The notes below the pieces were generated by a model. That model worked only from the letters and a program-made list of their open reading frames with translations, was not told where the DNA came from and did no database searches. Position numbers and translations under genes: made by a program. Shown one piece after another: positions 29,924-40,044 of a stretch of 64,000 bases of DNA; the first letter of the stretch is position 1; the number at the start of each line of letters is the position of its first letter. This DNA is from Phycisphaeraceae bacterium. GTDB lineage: Bacteria > Planctomycetota > Phycisphaerae > Phycisphaerales > Phycisphaeraceae. The stretch spans positions 4,992,001-5,056,000 of the forward strand of contig OY771506.1 of NCBI GenBank assembly GCA_963674705.1. The letters run 5' to 3'.

Positions 29924-30628
29924 CTAATGAACACTAACGATATCTTTTATTAATGCTATTACTATCACAATATTAAAAATGGTTGATAATGTTAGCCAGT
30001 GCCACCGAAGTCGAGCTGGCAAGAATTGTTGTCTATCGATTTCTTCTAAGCTTAACTGTTCAACCTCGGGTTCAACACCGAGACTGCAAAACAACTCATG
30101 GAGTTTATCTGCCAGGTGCGAAGCAGCGATACTCAAGCTGGAAATGTAATAATCACAATCATATTTATGCCTGCATTGCCTGCACAGCACCATCCAATAT
30201 GGATCAATGTCTAACCCAGTCAAATCAAGATGAAGAGAATAACTTGACTGTGAACGTCTCTTATTGGTTTTTCGAACGACCCTAACCAACCGGCCGGATG
30301 CAAGCACCAGCGGCTCCTGTTCTCCATGTTCAATATCATTCCGCGTAAAACGAATTACATTATCACTTTCAAGCGAGACCACCAATGGATGCTTGCGAAC
30401 ACCCAATGTTGCGAGAAGATTTGCCATTAACATCAGCATGCCAATCGCAAGAATGATGAATAATATAGATGCAAGGAATATAGCTTGGATGAAGTACTGT
30501 TTGTTGGGGACACCACTGAATACCAGACAAAATAACGGGAAAAGACAGTATAGCCACGTCAAGTAACGCACGGTCTTCCGATAGGTCCAGTACGGCGGCT
30601 TCAAAACCAGCTCTTTATCTACTTTCAT
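29924..30628 (-). CDS. hypothetical AT-rich membrane protein
   Basis: long ORF with two N-terminal and one C-terminal hydrophobic segments; CRQCRHKYDC; composition unlike its neighbours. Confidence 0.6.
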   Translation of the reverse strand: MKVDKELVLKPPYWTYRKTVRYLTWLYCLFPLFCLVFSGVPNKQYFIQAIFLASILFIILAIGMLMLMANLLATLGVRKHPLVVSLESDNVIRFTRNDIEHGEQEPLVLASGRLVRVVRKTNKRRSQSSYSLHLDLTGLDIDPYWMVLCRQCRHKYDCDYYISSLSIAASHLADKLHELFCSLGVEPEVEQLSLEEIDRQQFLPARLRWHWLTLSTIFNIVIVIALIKDIVSVH

Positions 30629-30764
30629 ATAAGCAACTGTCTTTGCTGGGTGCCCCACTTTAATCACATAGTGACAAAGTGTGTTGCACAATCGACACAC
30701 CTCACTGCTTCATTATCAAAGTGTAACACGCCACAAATGATAAAACGAGCCGTATCTGTTCGGT

Positions 30765-30984
30765 CAGCGCTCGGCGCGGGTCTCCCGACCCCGACGTCGT
30801 GGCGGACCGAAGGTCTCCTTAATCAAAACCTGTAGTCATCGATCGAGGTAAAAAGCGATCCGCGCCGAGAAATGCTGCTTACCCCCCTCTCCCCGCGGGA
30901 GCCCCGGAACATGGCCGGGGTGAGGGCGGGTTGATTACGTCATCTTTTTTATTAACCATCCCGACCAGGATGGTCGGGCTATAT
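30765..30984 (+). repeat. island direct repeat C
   Basis: colinear with repeat B and ends with the same CCCGACCAGGATGGTCGGGCTATAT as repeat A. Confidence 0.88.
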
Positions 30985-31027
30985 GACATTTGTCTTCGCG
31001 CTCTCCACGATACTTAACCACCAAACA

Positions 31028-31058
31028 AAAACCCCCGGCGAAATACGCCGGGGGTTTT
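31028..31058. terminator. bidirectional terminator
   Basis: AAAACCCCCGGCG-aaata-CGCCGGGGGTTTT. Confidence 0.8.
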
Positions 31059-31095
31059 CCTGCAACTTCTGTCGTTTAAGACCGCCCTGTTTTAT

Positions 31096-31170
31096 GTCAT
31101 CCCCGCGCAAGCGGGGATCCATGTACAGGGATTCATTGGGCGCGTTGATTCCCGCGTGCGCGGGGATGAC
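31096..31170. repeat. CGTC-type REP inverted doublet
   Basis: GTCATCCCCGCGCAAGCGGGGATC ... GATTCCCGCGTGCGCGGGGATGAC. Confidence 0.85.
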
Positions 31171-31254
31171 GGTTATTAGTAATACAAAGGATTCAAATCC
31201 TCTTCATCCGCATCTGCGTCATCTGCGCAATCTGCGGACTCACCCTCTCCCCCC

Positions 31255-33135
31255 CTACAACGACAGCTTCAATAAGAAGAATATCAGCCAGATCAAGCAA
31301 TAGATCGGGATCAGGATCGGCAGTGCATACTTCAGGACATAGCCGAAGAAGCTCGGCATCTGGATGCCGGCGCTTTCGGCGATGCTCTTGACCATGAAGT
31401 TCGGGCCGTTGCCGATATACGTACATGCACCGAAGAACACCGCGCCGACGCTGATCGCGATCAGGAACAACTCAAGGTCGTGGTTGCCGATGATCATGGC
31501 GATACGGATGTCGGTGTCACTGACCTTGCTCTGTTGGATCTTCGCGCTGTTGTACTTCACCAGCACGTCATACGCGTTAACAACGTGCTCATCCATCCCA
31601 TCAGGCCGATCAGGGATCTGACCCGGCGCATGGTCGTCCAGCACAGAACGCAGGTGCTCGACCTCTTCGCCGTACTGGCTCTGCACCTGGCCCTGTTTTG
31701 TCTCCAGGAATACCAGGTATGTCGGCGCGTTATCGAGACAACTGGATAATGCGCCAGTGAGGAAGTAATACTGGCCCGGCGTCTTCAGCGGCATCTGTTC
31801 GGAGTGGATATTCAAGTAGTTCAGCGCGGGCACCATCGTCGAGAAGATGCCGACGAACAGGATCGCCACCTCCTTGATCGGGCCGTACGTGAACTCGTTG
31901 CGTTCGTAGATGTAAGGCTTCGTCGACAGCTTCGACGCAACACACGCGATCAGCATCATGATCTCGCGGCTGATCGGCAGCATCATGTACTCGTGGTTAC
32001 TGATGTGCTCGAACATACTCGGGCGGAACACGCCGGCGAGGATCAACCCGATGTACAGGAAGTTCTGGAACCCGTAGATCTGCACCGCCGGGCCCGGGTC
32101 CTTTTCGTGATGGCGTTCTGCCTTGGCGTGATCACGCTTATCGATGATGAAGAACACCGTCAGCAACAGGATCAGGCACACGCCCCACATCGGCCACAAC
32201 GCTTCGGTCACCCAGAAGAACGGCACGCCCTTGAGGTAACCCATAAACAGCGGTGGGTCACCGATCGGGCTCAGGCTGCCGCCGCAGTTCGCCACGGCGA
32301 AGATGAAGAAGATGATGTGGTAAGGCTTGATGTGTGCCTTGTTGATGCGGATGTAAGGCCGGATCAGAAGCATCGCGGCGCCGGTCGTGCCGAACACGTT
32401 CGCGATGACGGCACCGACTAACAGCAACATCGTGTTCGTCGTCGCGGTCGCTTTGCGCGAAACGTTGATCATGATGCCGCCGCTGACGATGTACAACGAA
32501 CCGAGCAGCGCGATGAAACTCACGTACTCCTTCATCTCGTGGAACCACGCGGCCCGACTATCCTGAACCTCCGGGAAGAAGAACAGGTAATACACCGCCG
32601 TGACAAGCCCGAGCACGATCGCGAACTTCGGATAATGGTGTTCCCAGAAGTGCATGTTGATCAGCGGACAGACCGCGATACTTCCAAGCAACAGCGCGAA
32701 TGGGAGGATCCACCACCAGGCAACGTTCGGCACAGCGTGGTGTCCCCCGCCGTGCGCATCACCACCTTCGCCCCCCTCTCCGTGACCACCTTCGTGCGCA
32801 CCGGCCTCAACCGCGACAGAGCCGTGCGCACCGTCAGTGGTGGATAAGTCATCTGCCGATTCGCCCAGGTTGCCGTCGGCGTGTTGATCGGTTACGCCCG
32901 CCGCGGCGCTGCCGGCAGTTTCCTCAACATGGGCCGCGACGTCATTGTGCGCGGCGGCGGCGTCCTGATGAGCGTTTTCTATTTGAGCGGCGATCTCTTC
33001 AGCGCCGGCCGGCACCGCAGGGGAGTCTTGCCCTGAACTGATGCGGTTGATCACGGCGAAGACCAGCACCAGCCCCAACAGGAGCATGGCCAGGATCTGT
33101 TTGATGTGCGAACCCTCATTGGGTTGATCGGTCAT
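31255..33135 (-). CDS. putative sodium:proton antiporter (IT/CitMHS-like)
   Basis: GTTGAAM, SPIGDPPLF, SSCLDNAPTY, TYIGNGPNFMVK; His-rich N-terminal loop. Confidence 0.88.
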   Translation of the reverse strand: MTDQPNEGSHIKQILAMLLLGLVLVFAVINRISSGQDSPAVPAGAEEIAAQIENAHQDAAAAHNDVAAHVEETAGSAAAGVTDQHADGNLGESADDLSTTDGAHGSVAVEAGAHEGGHGEGGEGGDAHGGGHHAVPNVAWWWILPFALLLGSIAVCPLINMHFWEHHYPKFAIVLGLVTAVYYLFFFPEVQDSRAAWFHEMKEYVSFIALLGSLYIVSGGIMINVSRKATATTNTMLLLVGAVIANVFGTTGAAMLLIRPYIRINKAHIKPYHIIFFIFAVANCGGSLSPIGDPPLFMGYLKGVPFFWVTEALWPMWGVCLILLLTVFFIIDKRDHAKAERHHEKDPGPAVQIYGFQNFLYIGLILAGVFRPSMFEHISNHEYMMLPISREIMMLIACVASKLSTKPYIYERNEFTYGPIKEVAILFVGIFSTMVPALNYLNIHSEQMPLKTPGQYYFLTGALSSCLDNAPTYLVFLETKQGQVQSQYGEEVEHLRSVLDDHAPGQIPDRPDGMDEHVVNAYDVLVKYNSAKIQQSKVSDTDIRIAMIIGNHDLELFLIAISVGAVFFGACTYIGNGPNFMVKSIAESAGIQMPSFFGYVLKYALPILIPIYCLIWLIFFLLKLSL

Positions 33136-33204
33136 GGTGTGTTAGCCTCCACTACCATAAACGGGCTATATTTCGTTAGTTACGTGGCCCGTGGCAGGAC
33201 GGTG

Positions 33205-33801
33205 TTATTCGGTCTCATAGGCCGACCCAAGTCGGCACAGGTCGTTCATCATGCGTGCAAACAGGCTGAATAGCCCCTTGAGCCGATCCAGGTCCTTCAC
33301 CTCGCCCTCGACCTCAACGATCAGCTCATCGATCTCGTCCGGGTAATAGTCTTCAAACCAGTTACCTGCGTCCCGCACCTGGATGTGGATGTCCGGCTCC
33401 TTCTTGACCATCTCACGCAGGAAGTCGTCATCGAACAACGTTTTGATCTTGTCCGGGTCCGTTCCCTGGATGCGGAACATCTTGTCGAACGGTTCGTGAT
33501 CGACTTTTATGTCCTGCATTCCCATGAGTTTACCGATGTTCGAAAACACGGTCTGATGGCTCAAGGCGAAGCGGAAGCCATCCGGATTCACGAACGGGCC
33601 ACGCAGGCGTGTGTAAAGGTATTCCGAGCGGTAGCCGGGTTCGGAATGGATGTCGAGTGTCACCGCCCAAGGCCCGACCTTGGCAACGAGCTTGTCTTGC
33701 CGCATGCCTTGCTTGTCGGTCAGCACGCCGCCGAGTTCTTCGCTCAGGCGTTCCCAGAGTTTGTTCTCGTGCTTGGCGAAACCTTCTTTAAGCTCTGGCA
33801 T
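33205..33801 (-). CDS. hypothetical protein (DUF3137-like)
   Basis: GKLMGMQDIKV...FDKMF motif; AAAGG RBS. Confidence 0.65.
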   Translation of the reverse strand: MPELKEGFAKHENKLWERLSEELGGVLTDKQGMRQDKLVAKVGPWAVTLDIHSEPGYRSEYLYTRLRGPFVNPDGFRFALSHQTVFSNIGKLMGMQDIKVDHEPFDKMFRIQGTDPDKIKTLFDDDFLREMVKKEPDIHIQVRDAGNWFEDYYPDEIDELIVEVEGEVKDLDRLKGLFSLFARMMNDLCRLGSAYETE

Positions 33802-34012
33802 GTCATGGCCTTTCGTGTCTGACGCGGGTGTTGGCGGCGCGTGAGCACAGCAACGGTGCCAACGGATCAGCCGCTGCACCGTGTTCCATACCAAACTCGG
33901 CTTTTATGGTGAGTGTTCTTTAACCCTGACAAGGTAGAGGGTTAACCGTCGCCAGCAAACGACGTCCAGGAGGCGTTGTATCGGAAAAGGTAAGTTAATA
34001 ATCGGACGCAGC

Positions 34013-34255
34013 TTAACTCAACGCCACACTGGCCCAGGACGGGCCGGCATGGGCAGGCTTGCTTTGCATGACCGCGACGGCCTGCTCCTTAAGCGAGTCC
34101 AACATGGAGTTTACACGACTCTCCGGCAGGTCCAGCACCAGGCTGATCTCCGCCTGACTGAGCTGGTCGGCGTAGAACAGCAGCAGAATCAAGCGTTCGG
34201 TTCTGTTCAACGTGCTCATGAATGCTCTCATCCGCCCAGCCTCCTTGCTGTTCAT
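34013..34255 (-). CDS. stand-alone sigma-70 region 4 (FliA-like) HTH protein
   Basis: LNRTERLILLLFYADQLSQAEISLVLDLPESRV; GGGGAG RBS. Confidence 0.75.
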   Translation of the reverse strand: MNSKEAGRMRAFMSTLNRTERLILLLFYADQLSQAEISLVLDLPESRVNSMLDSLKEQAVAVMQSKPAHAGPSWASVALS

Positions 34256-34707
34256 ACTCTTACTCCCTTTAGATGGAGCGTAGAACTGATTCTCAGCCCG
34301 GGTGAGGGGAATAATGGCTGATCAATGAGTGCGCCCTCCGTGGCGACCCCTCACCCGGATTTACCATATGTGGGATTTATCGGACTGCCGGGTCAACTTG
34401 CTTTAACGTTTTTTTGATCGTTTTCCACGACGTAACTTATGCTGGAGAACCAAGTTCACACACCGGCCCGTTTGCCGTGCGAATCCGCGTTTAGGCTTAA
34501 ATAAGAGGCCTTTTGAGCAAAAATGAGGTTAGCCCGACGCCCGCGATAGCAAGGGTTGACTAATACATTTACCACCATTGTTTGCACAAAAAAAGTAAGA
34601 ATCGTGGTAAATAAAATTTTAACGACTTGCCAGAACAATGCTTACGCAACATTCCCTCGGAATTTTCATGCAAATGCGACAGTTGCATGCTTCAAATCCG
34701 ACATGAA

Positions 34708-34791
34708 TGCGGGTGATAGGACTCGAACCTACACGGGTTTTACCCCATCAGGACCTAAACCTGACGCGTCTGCCAATTTCGCCACACCCGC
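34708..34791 (-). tRNA. tRNA-Leu(TAG)
   Basis: GCGGGTGTGGCGAAATTGGCAGACGCGTCAGGTTTAGGTCCTGA...GGTTCGAGTCC...; long variable arm. Confidence 0.97.
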
Positions 34792-34921
34792 AGCGTCCCC
34801 CGGCCCCCCCCGGATCCCCGGCCCCCCGGCCAAGGAGCAAGCTCCTGACTCCTTAGGCCTTACAGTGTCCTGTACTCTCTGCCCGCTTGCAACTTCACCA
34901 ATCACAGACCACACTCCGCCT

Positions 34922-35425
34922 ATGTTTGACCCCTTTAAAACCCTTGAATTACCCGCCAAGTTCGACCTCGAAGATGCTGAACTGCACATGAAGTTCATCC
35001 AGGCTTCGTCGCGGCATCATCCCGATCGTCATACCGATCCGGTCAAGCAGGCCGAAGCTGCGGAGAAGTCCGCAGCCATCAACCAGGCATACGCGATCCT
35101 TTCCGATCCGGAACGCCGCGCCGACGCCCTGCTCAAACAACTCGGCGGCCCCGCGAAGGAAGATGACAAATCCTTACCGCCCGCCCTATTGATGGAGATG
35201 ATGGAAGTCCGCGAAACATTGGAAGAAGCGATCGCGGACAATAACAAAACCGAACTCGAAAAACTCCGTGGCTGGGCACACGATCAGAAACACGAACACT
35301 TAACTAAGATCGCGCAACTGTTTGATAAAGCCGGCGACGTTTTGTCTGAAGCGGATGCGAAGGCGATTCGTTTGGAGTTGAATGCCTTGCGTTATATCCA
35401 GCGGATGCTGGAGCAGATGCCGTAG
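34922..35425 (+). CDS. hscB: HscB-like J-domain co-chaperone
   Basis: DPF...HHPDR...INQAYAILSDP..RA; LLMEMMEVRE C-terminal domain. Confidence 0.85.
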   Translation: MFDPFKTLELPAKFDLEDAELHMKFIQASSRHHPDRHTDPVKQAEAAEKSAAINQAYAILSDPERRADALLKQLGGPAKEDDKSLPPALLMEMMEVRETLEEAIADNNKTELEKLRGWAHDQKHEHLTKIAQLFDKAGDVLSEADAKAIRLELNALRYIQRMLEQMP

Positions 35426-35427
35426 GC

Positions 35428-35578
35428 GGGGATGGGGGATGGGGAATTGTATTTGGGATTTGGGATTTGGGATTTGGGATGTTTATTGCTGATGGCTAAT
35501 GGCTTTCACTGCCCAACGCCGGTCCTGAGCGCAGCGAAGGGGCGGGCGGTTTTTGAGGGTGCAGGAAGAATCTTATTT
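35428..35578 (+). repeat. composite repeat copy 3
   Basis: (GGGGATG)n - AATTGTATT - (GGGATTT)n - GCTRATG units - core 35513-35540 - GGAAGAATCTTATT. Confidence 0.9.
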
Positions 35579-38371
35579 ACACGATACGCGGTGGCGTCGT
35601 TGCGCGAGGGTTGTAAGGCATAGCATCAATAAACCAATCGATGCTGGTTCGGGGATGTTGAGTTCTGCGAGGGTTGGTGGGGAGCCGGCGTTCCAATGGA
35701 GGAGGATATAGTCGAGGTCTTCGAGGCCGACGAAGCCGTCGCCGGAGGAGTCGCCGTGGATCCATGAGCCGGCGGGGACTTGGTGGTTCCAGTTGCTTAA
35801 GACGATGTCGAGGTCGTCGAGTCCGACGAAGCCGTCGTTGTTTTTGTCGCCCACGAGTTGTTTGGCCAGGACGATACTGTTCGGGTTGTAGATCACGTTG
35901 AATCCGGCGGGGACGTTGACGGTTGCGAATGAACCAGCGACGTTCATCGCAGAAGAAAGAATCCAGAATTGTTCGCCAAGATCGATCGTGGGATCATCGA
36001 CGAGGGTTGCCAAGAGAGTACCATCCAAAGTCACCTGTCCGGAAACGACAAGTCCATCGTTGCCGAGCGTTGTGATCGTGTTGTCTGTGAGTTCGATGGA
36101 TAGCTTGCCATTGGTTTGTTGGGTGTAGTCGCCGGTGATGTTGAGGATGCCTATCCCATCGACGCCCGGCTCGATGAGGCCGTCGTTTAGGAGTTGGGTC
36201 GCTTCGATCGTGCCGTCGCCTTCGATGCGGCCGTTTTGCCGAACCTGGAGCGTATCGCCGACGGAAACAAGGCCGCCGTCTGAGACGGACAGCGTGCAGT
36301 CGCCGGCGGTGGATGATGTTTCTCTGCCGATCTCGAGTGTATCGGTTATGTGCCAGGCCGAGCCGTTGCCGCTGATGTTGGCGAGTGTTGTGCCACCGCT
36401 TCTGATATCAAGCCTGCCGGTATTGCTATTGAATACTGCGCCGTTGAGGACGTTGAGCTTTGTCGTGCTGCTTTGATAGTAGGCGTACAACAAAAAACCG
36501 GACGAATTGAGAGTCGACCCGGCATCCGAGACGGTGACTTCGGTCAGGTGGTTATCCGTTGCATTGACCGAGATGGCTGAGGTATTGACGGTACCGCCGT
36601 TGGTGATGATCAGTTTATCCTCTGAATTGCTGGCGGCTCCCATCATGATGCCGCCGTTGGCGTCGAGCGAGCTGTTTTGGCCGGTGACGGTAACGATGAT
36701 TGGATCACCCGATGGCCCCATGCCACCGGTCTGCATATCCATGTGGCGGATCAAGACTCTGCCGCCGTCTTCGATCAGTAGAGCGCTGCCTTCCGGGTTG
36801 CCTTTACTAAAGGTGAATATGGCAGCGGTGTCCCATAGAGAGCCTTCGCCGGTGACGATTATCGAGGCCGCGGAGGTATCGGATGCGTTAAAAGAATTGA
36901 GGCTGGCGCCGGCGTTGGATATGACCGTCCCGCCGTTCTCGATCCGAAGCGAAACCAGTTCCGCGCCGATCCCCATGTTCAGCGGCGCATCGGTCGTCCA
37001 GGTTGAACCCGCGCCGTTGACGGTGACCGAGCCAGAGGAGCCGTGCTGATAGCCGAGGTAGATATCCTCACCCGCGCTATGGACGGTCGCGCCGTTTTCA
37101 ATCAGCAGGCTGGCGGTACCCTGATAGCCGATGAGGAAGTCACCGTTGATTTGCCAATGGGAGTCTGCGCCGCTGACGGTGACCGAGCCGGTGGAGTCGA
37201 TACCTTTGCCGATGGAAGCATCCTGGCTGACAACGCAGCCGCCATCGAGGATGTACAGACTTGCTTCACCGCCCGCACCCACCGTGAATTCGCCGCCGTT
37301 GACGTTGAGTTCCGAATCCTGTCCCCTGACGCGTAAAAGGCCGTTGGAACCGGCGTAGTTACCGATCGAAGCACCGGGGAACGAGCCGTTGACGTTGACT
37401 TGCCCCCCGCTTTCGATGGCGAGCGTGCCTTCGCCGTAGTACCCGACATAAAGCCCGCCGCTGATATCCCAGACAGAACCGGCGTCGGTCACACCGGCAG
37501 AACTATCGGAGACAGCTTCAGCACCGATCACGCCGTTGTAGCTGGAAACGTAACCACCGTTGAAAATATTGAATCGGCCGTCCCCCCATTGCCCAACGTA
37601 AATGGTCCCGTTGTTGATCCAGGTAGACCCGGGACCCGTCACACTGACGGCAACATTCTCAGAGCCACTTTGAGCAATGATGGCGTTGTTATTTGAAACA
37701 TAGCCGCCATTAGCGATCTGCAGTCTGGCGTCACTTCTATTTGCACCGACATAAAGGTCGCCGGCGTTTTCCCATCTTGAGCCTGTATCCGTAACTGTGA
37801 TGTATGGGAAAGGTGCAGAGGAACTGTAGTAACCGATCTTGCCGCCGTTGCTGGAAAGATAACCACCATCTTCGATTACGAGGCTGCCGTGGCTGCCTTT
37901 GTATCCCACATGAATAAGCCCGGTGTTGTACCACGCCGAACCGGCGCCGGTGATCGTAACCCAACCGCGGCCATCATCATCTTCACTGATGTAGGCCGAA
38001 CCGCTGTTAACGGTGCCGCCGGCTTCGATCAGGAGTGTACAGTCGCCGAGGTAGCCGACGGAGAGCGCGTCGGCGATGTTCAGGGAGGAGTCGGTTCCTG
38101 AGACGGTGACTTGGCTGGTCATGTCATCGGTGTAGCCGAGGTAGGCATCGATTGCGGAGACGGAGCTGCCGGCGGTGATCGAGAGTGTGGCGTCGGCGGT
38201 GTCGGCGAGGATCAGTTCGACGCCGGCGTCCCAGGGATCGTCCGAGCCGTTGTAGGTTGGCGAGACGTCGCCGGTGACGTTGATCGCGGCGTGCGTGTTG
38301 GCAAAGAAGAAACCGGGGATCAACACAGCCAGGCCGAGGCGGCCGGTCGAACGGGGAAGTAGGTGATACAC
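35573..38371 (-). CDS. PEP-CTERM protein with T5SS/PEP-CTERM-associated beta-helical repeats and dockerin-like module
   Basis: repeated VTVxGxGSxW...LxVGxxGxGxLxIxxGGxV; GFVGLDDLD; IPEPAS tail; likely GTG start. Confidence 0.9.
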   Translation of the reverse strand: MYHLLPRSTGRLGLAVLIPGFFFANTHAAINVTGDVSPTYNGSDDPWDAGVELILADTADATLSITAGSSVSAIDAYLGYTDDMTSQVTVSGTDSSLNIADALSVGYLGDCTLLIEAGGTVNSGSAYISEDDDGRGWVTITGAGSAWYNTGLIHVGYKGSHGSLVIEDGGYLSSNGGKIGYYSSSAPFPYITVTDTGSRWENAGDLYVGANRSDARLQIANGGYVSNNNAIIAQSGSENVAVSVTGPGSTWINNGTIYVGQWGDGRFNIFNGGYVSSYNGVIGAEAVSDSSAGVTDAGSVWDISGGLYVGYYGEGTLAIESGGQVNVNGSFPGASIGNYAGSNGLLRVRGQDSELNVNGGEFTVGAGGEASLYILDGGCVVSQDASIGKGIDSTGSVTVSGADSHWQINGDFLIGYQGTASLLIENGATVHSAGEDIYLGYQHGSSGSVTVNGAGSTWTTDAPLNMGIGAELVSLRIENGGTVISNAGASLNSFNASDTSAASIIVTGEGSLWDTAAIFTFSKGNPEGSALLIEDGGRVLIRHMDMQTGGMGPSGDPIIVTVTGQNSSLDANGGIMMGAASNSEDKLIITNGGTVNTSAISVNATDNHLTEVTVSDAGSTLNSSGFLLYAYYQSSTTKLNVLNGAVFNSNTGRLDIRSGGTTLANISGNGSAWHITDTLEIGRETSSTAGDCTLSVSDGGLVSVGDTLQVRQNGRIEGDGTIEATQLLNDGLIEPGVDGIGILNITGDYTQQTNGKLSIELTDNTITTLGNDGLVVSGQVTLDGTLLATLVDDPTIDLGEQFWILSSAMNVAGSFATVNVPAGFNVIYNPNSIVLAKQLVGDKNNDGFVGLDDLDIVLSNWNHQVPAGSWIHGDSSGDGFVGLEDLDYILLHWNAGSPPTLAELNIPEPASIGLLMLCLTTLAQRRHRVSCK

Positions 38372-38547
38372 GGATGAACCCTCCGGATCAGGTGGGAATA
38401 AAAGTTAACTTAAGTACTATAAAATACCATACAATGTGATGATTAGCAACGAAAAATGGGGTGTCGGGATCCGAGCGTGTTATGTGGGGTTGGGGGTTTG
38501 TGAGCAGACAGAATTAAAAAAGAACCGCAGAAAACAGGACGGCTGCT

Positions 38548-40044
38548 ATGGGATTTAAGCACATACTTGACCGGGCTTGGTTGAGTCTGTTGGCGATTGT
38601 TTTCGTTGCGGTGACGCCCGGTGTATTGCGTGCTGAAGAGGTTTCGGGGGCGGCGCGGGGGGATAGGCTGAACGTTTTGTTTATTGCGGTTGATGATCTT
38701 CGGCCGGCGCTGGGGTGTTATGGGGATGCGGTTGCGATTTCGCCGAACATTGACGGGCTGGCTGCGCGGGGTGTGGTGTTTAATCGGGCTTATTGTCAAG
38801 AGGCGGTGTGCAGCCCGTCGCGGTTGTCGTTGATGACGGGTCGGCGTCCTGACACGATCCGTGTGTGGGACTTGTCGACGCACTTCCGAGAGGCTTTGCC
38901 GGATATTGTGACGCTGCCGCAACTCTTCAAGGATAACGGGTATTACACGGCAAGCATCGGGAAGATTTATCACGGCAGCGGTTCGCCTTCCACGGACCCG
39001 CCTTCGTGGTCGGTCGATCCGCTGTACGATCACTCGGGCGAATTGAACGCCACGTGGCTTTTGCCTGAGAATCGAAACAAGAAGGGTAAACAGGCATCGA
39101 CCGAGGCGCCGGAAGTCGACGACGGCGAGTACGAGGACGGCATGATCAGCAACGCGGCGGTTGAAAGGCTGCGTGAACTGAAGATGAAGCAGCAGTCGTT
39201 TTTCCTGGCGGTCGGTTTCCGTAAGCCGCACCTGCCCTTCTGCGCGCCGAAGAGGTACTGGGACATGTACGATCGGGACAGCATCCCCCTGCCCAATCTG
39301 GAGCATCCGTTGAATGCACCGGAGCTGGCGATCCGAACCTGGCATGAATTGGAGGGATACAAGGACATCCCGAATGATGGCAAGCTATCGTTGGAAAAGG
39401 TGCGTGAGTTGAGGCACGGTTACTATGCGTGCGTCAGTTATGTGGATGCGAATATCGGGCGGGTGCTGGATGAACTGGATCGGCTGGGGCTTGCGGAGAA
39501 CACGATCATCGTTCTCTGGGGCGATCATGGGTTTCACCTGGGCGAACAAGGCCTGTGGACAAAGGCGAACAATTACGAGCTGGCGACGCGAGCGCCGCTG
39601 TTGGTTGTTGTGCCGGGGATGAAAAATGCGGGCAAAGCCACGGACGCGCTTGTTGAGTTTGTTGACATCTATCCGACGTTAGCGGATCTGTGCGGATTGG
39701 GTGTGCCGGGCGACCTTGAGGGAATGAGCCTGAAGCCAATCCTCGACGACACGGATCGGCCGGGCAAAGAAGGTGTGTTCAGTCAGTATCCGCGCAACGC
39801 GGATCCAACGAAGTATCGTCATAAGACCCACGGCGACATCATGGGCTATGCGGTGCGAACGGACCGGTATCGTTATGTCGAGTGGCGCGACTGGAACAGC
39901 AAGCAGACGGTCGCGCGCGAGTTGTACGATCAGCAGAATGATCCGCAAGAGATGAACAACGTCGCTGATGATCCGCAATATGCTCAGAGGATCAAGCGAC
40001 TGAGCGCGATGATTGATGGGATTGCGTCGAGTGAGGGGGAGTGA
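38548..40044 (+). CDS. secreted sulfatase (iduronate-2-sulfatase-like)
   Basis: NVLFIAVDDLRP, CSPSR (CxPxR), GKIYH, KPHLPF, GDHG. Confidence 0.95.
   Translation: MGFKHILDRAWLSLLAIVFVAVTPGVLRAEEVSGAARGDRLNVLFIAVDDLRPALGCYGDAVAISPNIDGLAARGVVFNRAYCQEAVCSPSRLSLMTGRRPDTIRVWDLSTHFREALPDIVTLPQLFKDNGYYTASIGKIYHGSGSPSTDPPSWSVDPLYDHSGELNATWLLPENRNKKGKQASTEAPEVDDGEYEDGMISNAAVERLRELKMKQQSFFLAVGFRKPHLPFCAPKRYWDMYDRDSIPLPNLEHPLNAPELAIRTWHELEGYKDIPNDGKLSLEKVRELRHGYYACVSYVDANIGRVLDELDRLGLAENTIIVLWGDHGFHLGEQGLWTKANNYELATRAPLLVVVPGMKNAGKATDALVEFVDIYPTLADLCGLGVPGDLEGMSLKPILDDTDRPGKEGVFSQYPRNADPTKYRHKTHGDIMGYAVRTDRYRYVEWRDWNSKQTVARELYDQQNDPQEMNNVADDPQYAQRIKRLSAMIDGIASSEGE

Noticed and set aside
26409..30984. 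Classical integron with attC sites
   Set aside because: No tyrosine recombinase is present and I could not identify convincing RYYYAAC...GTTRRRY-bounded attC folds in the repeats.
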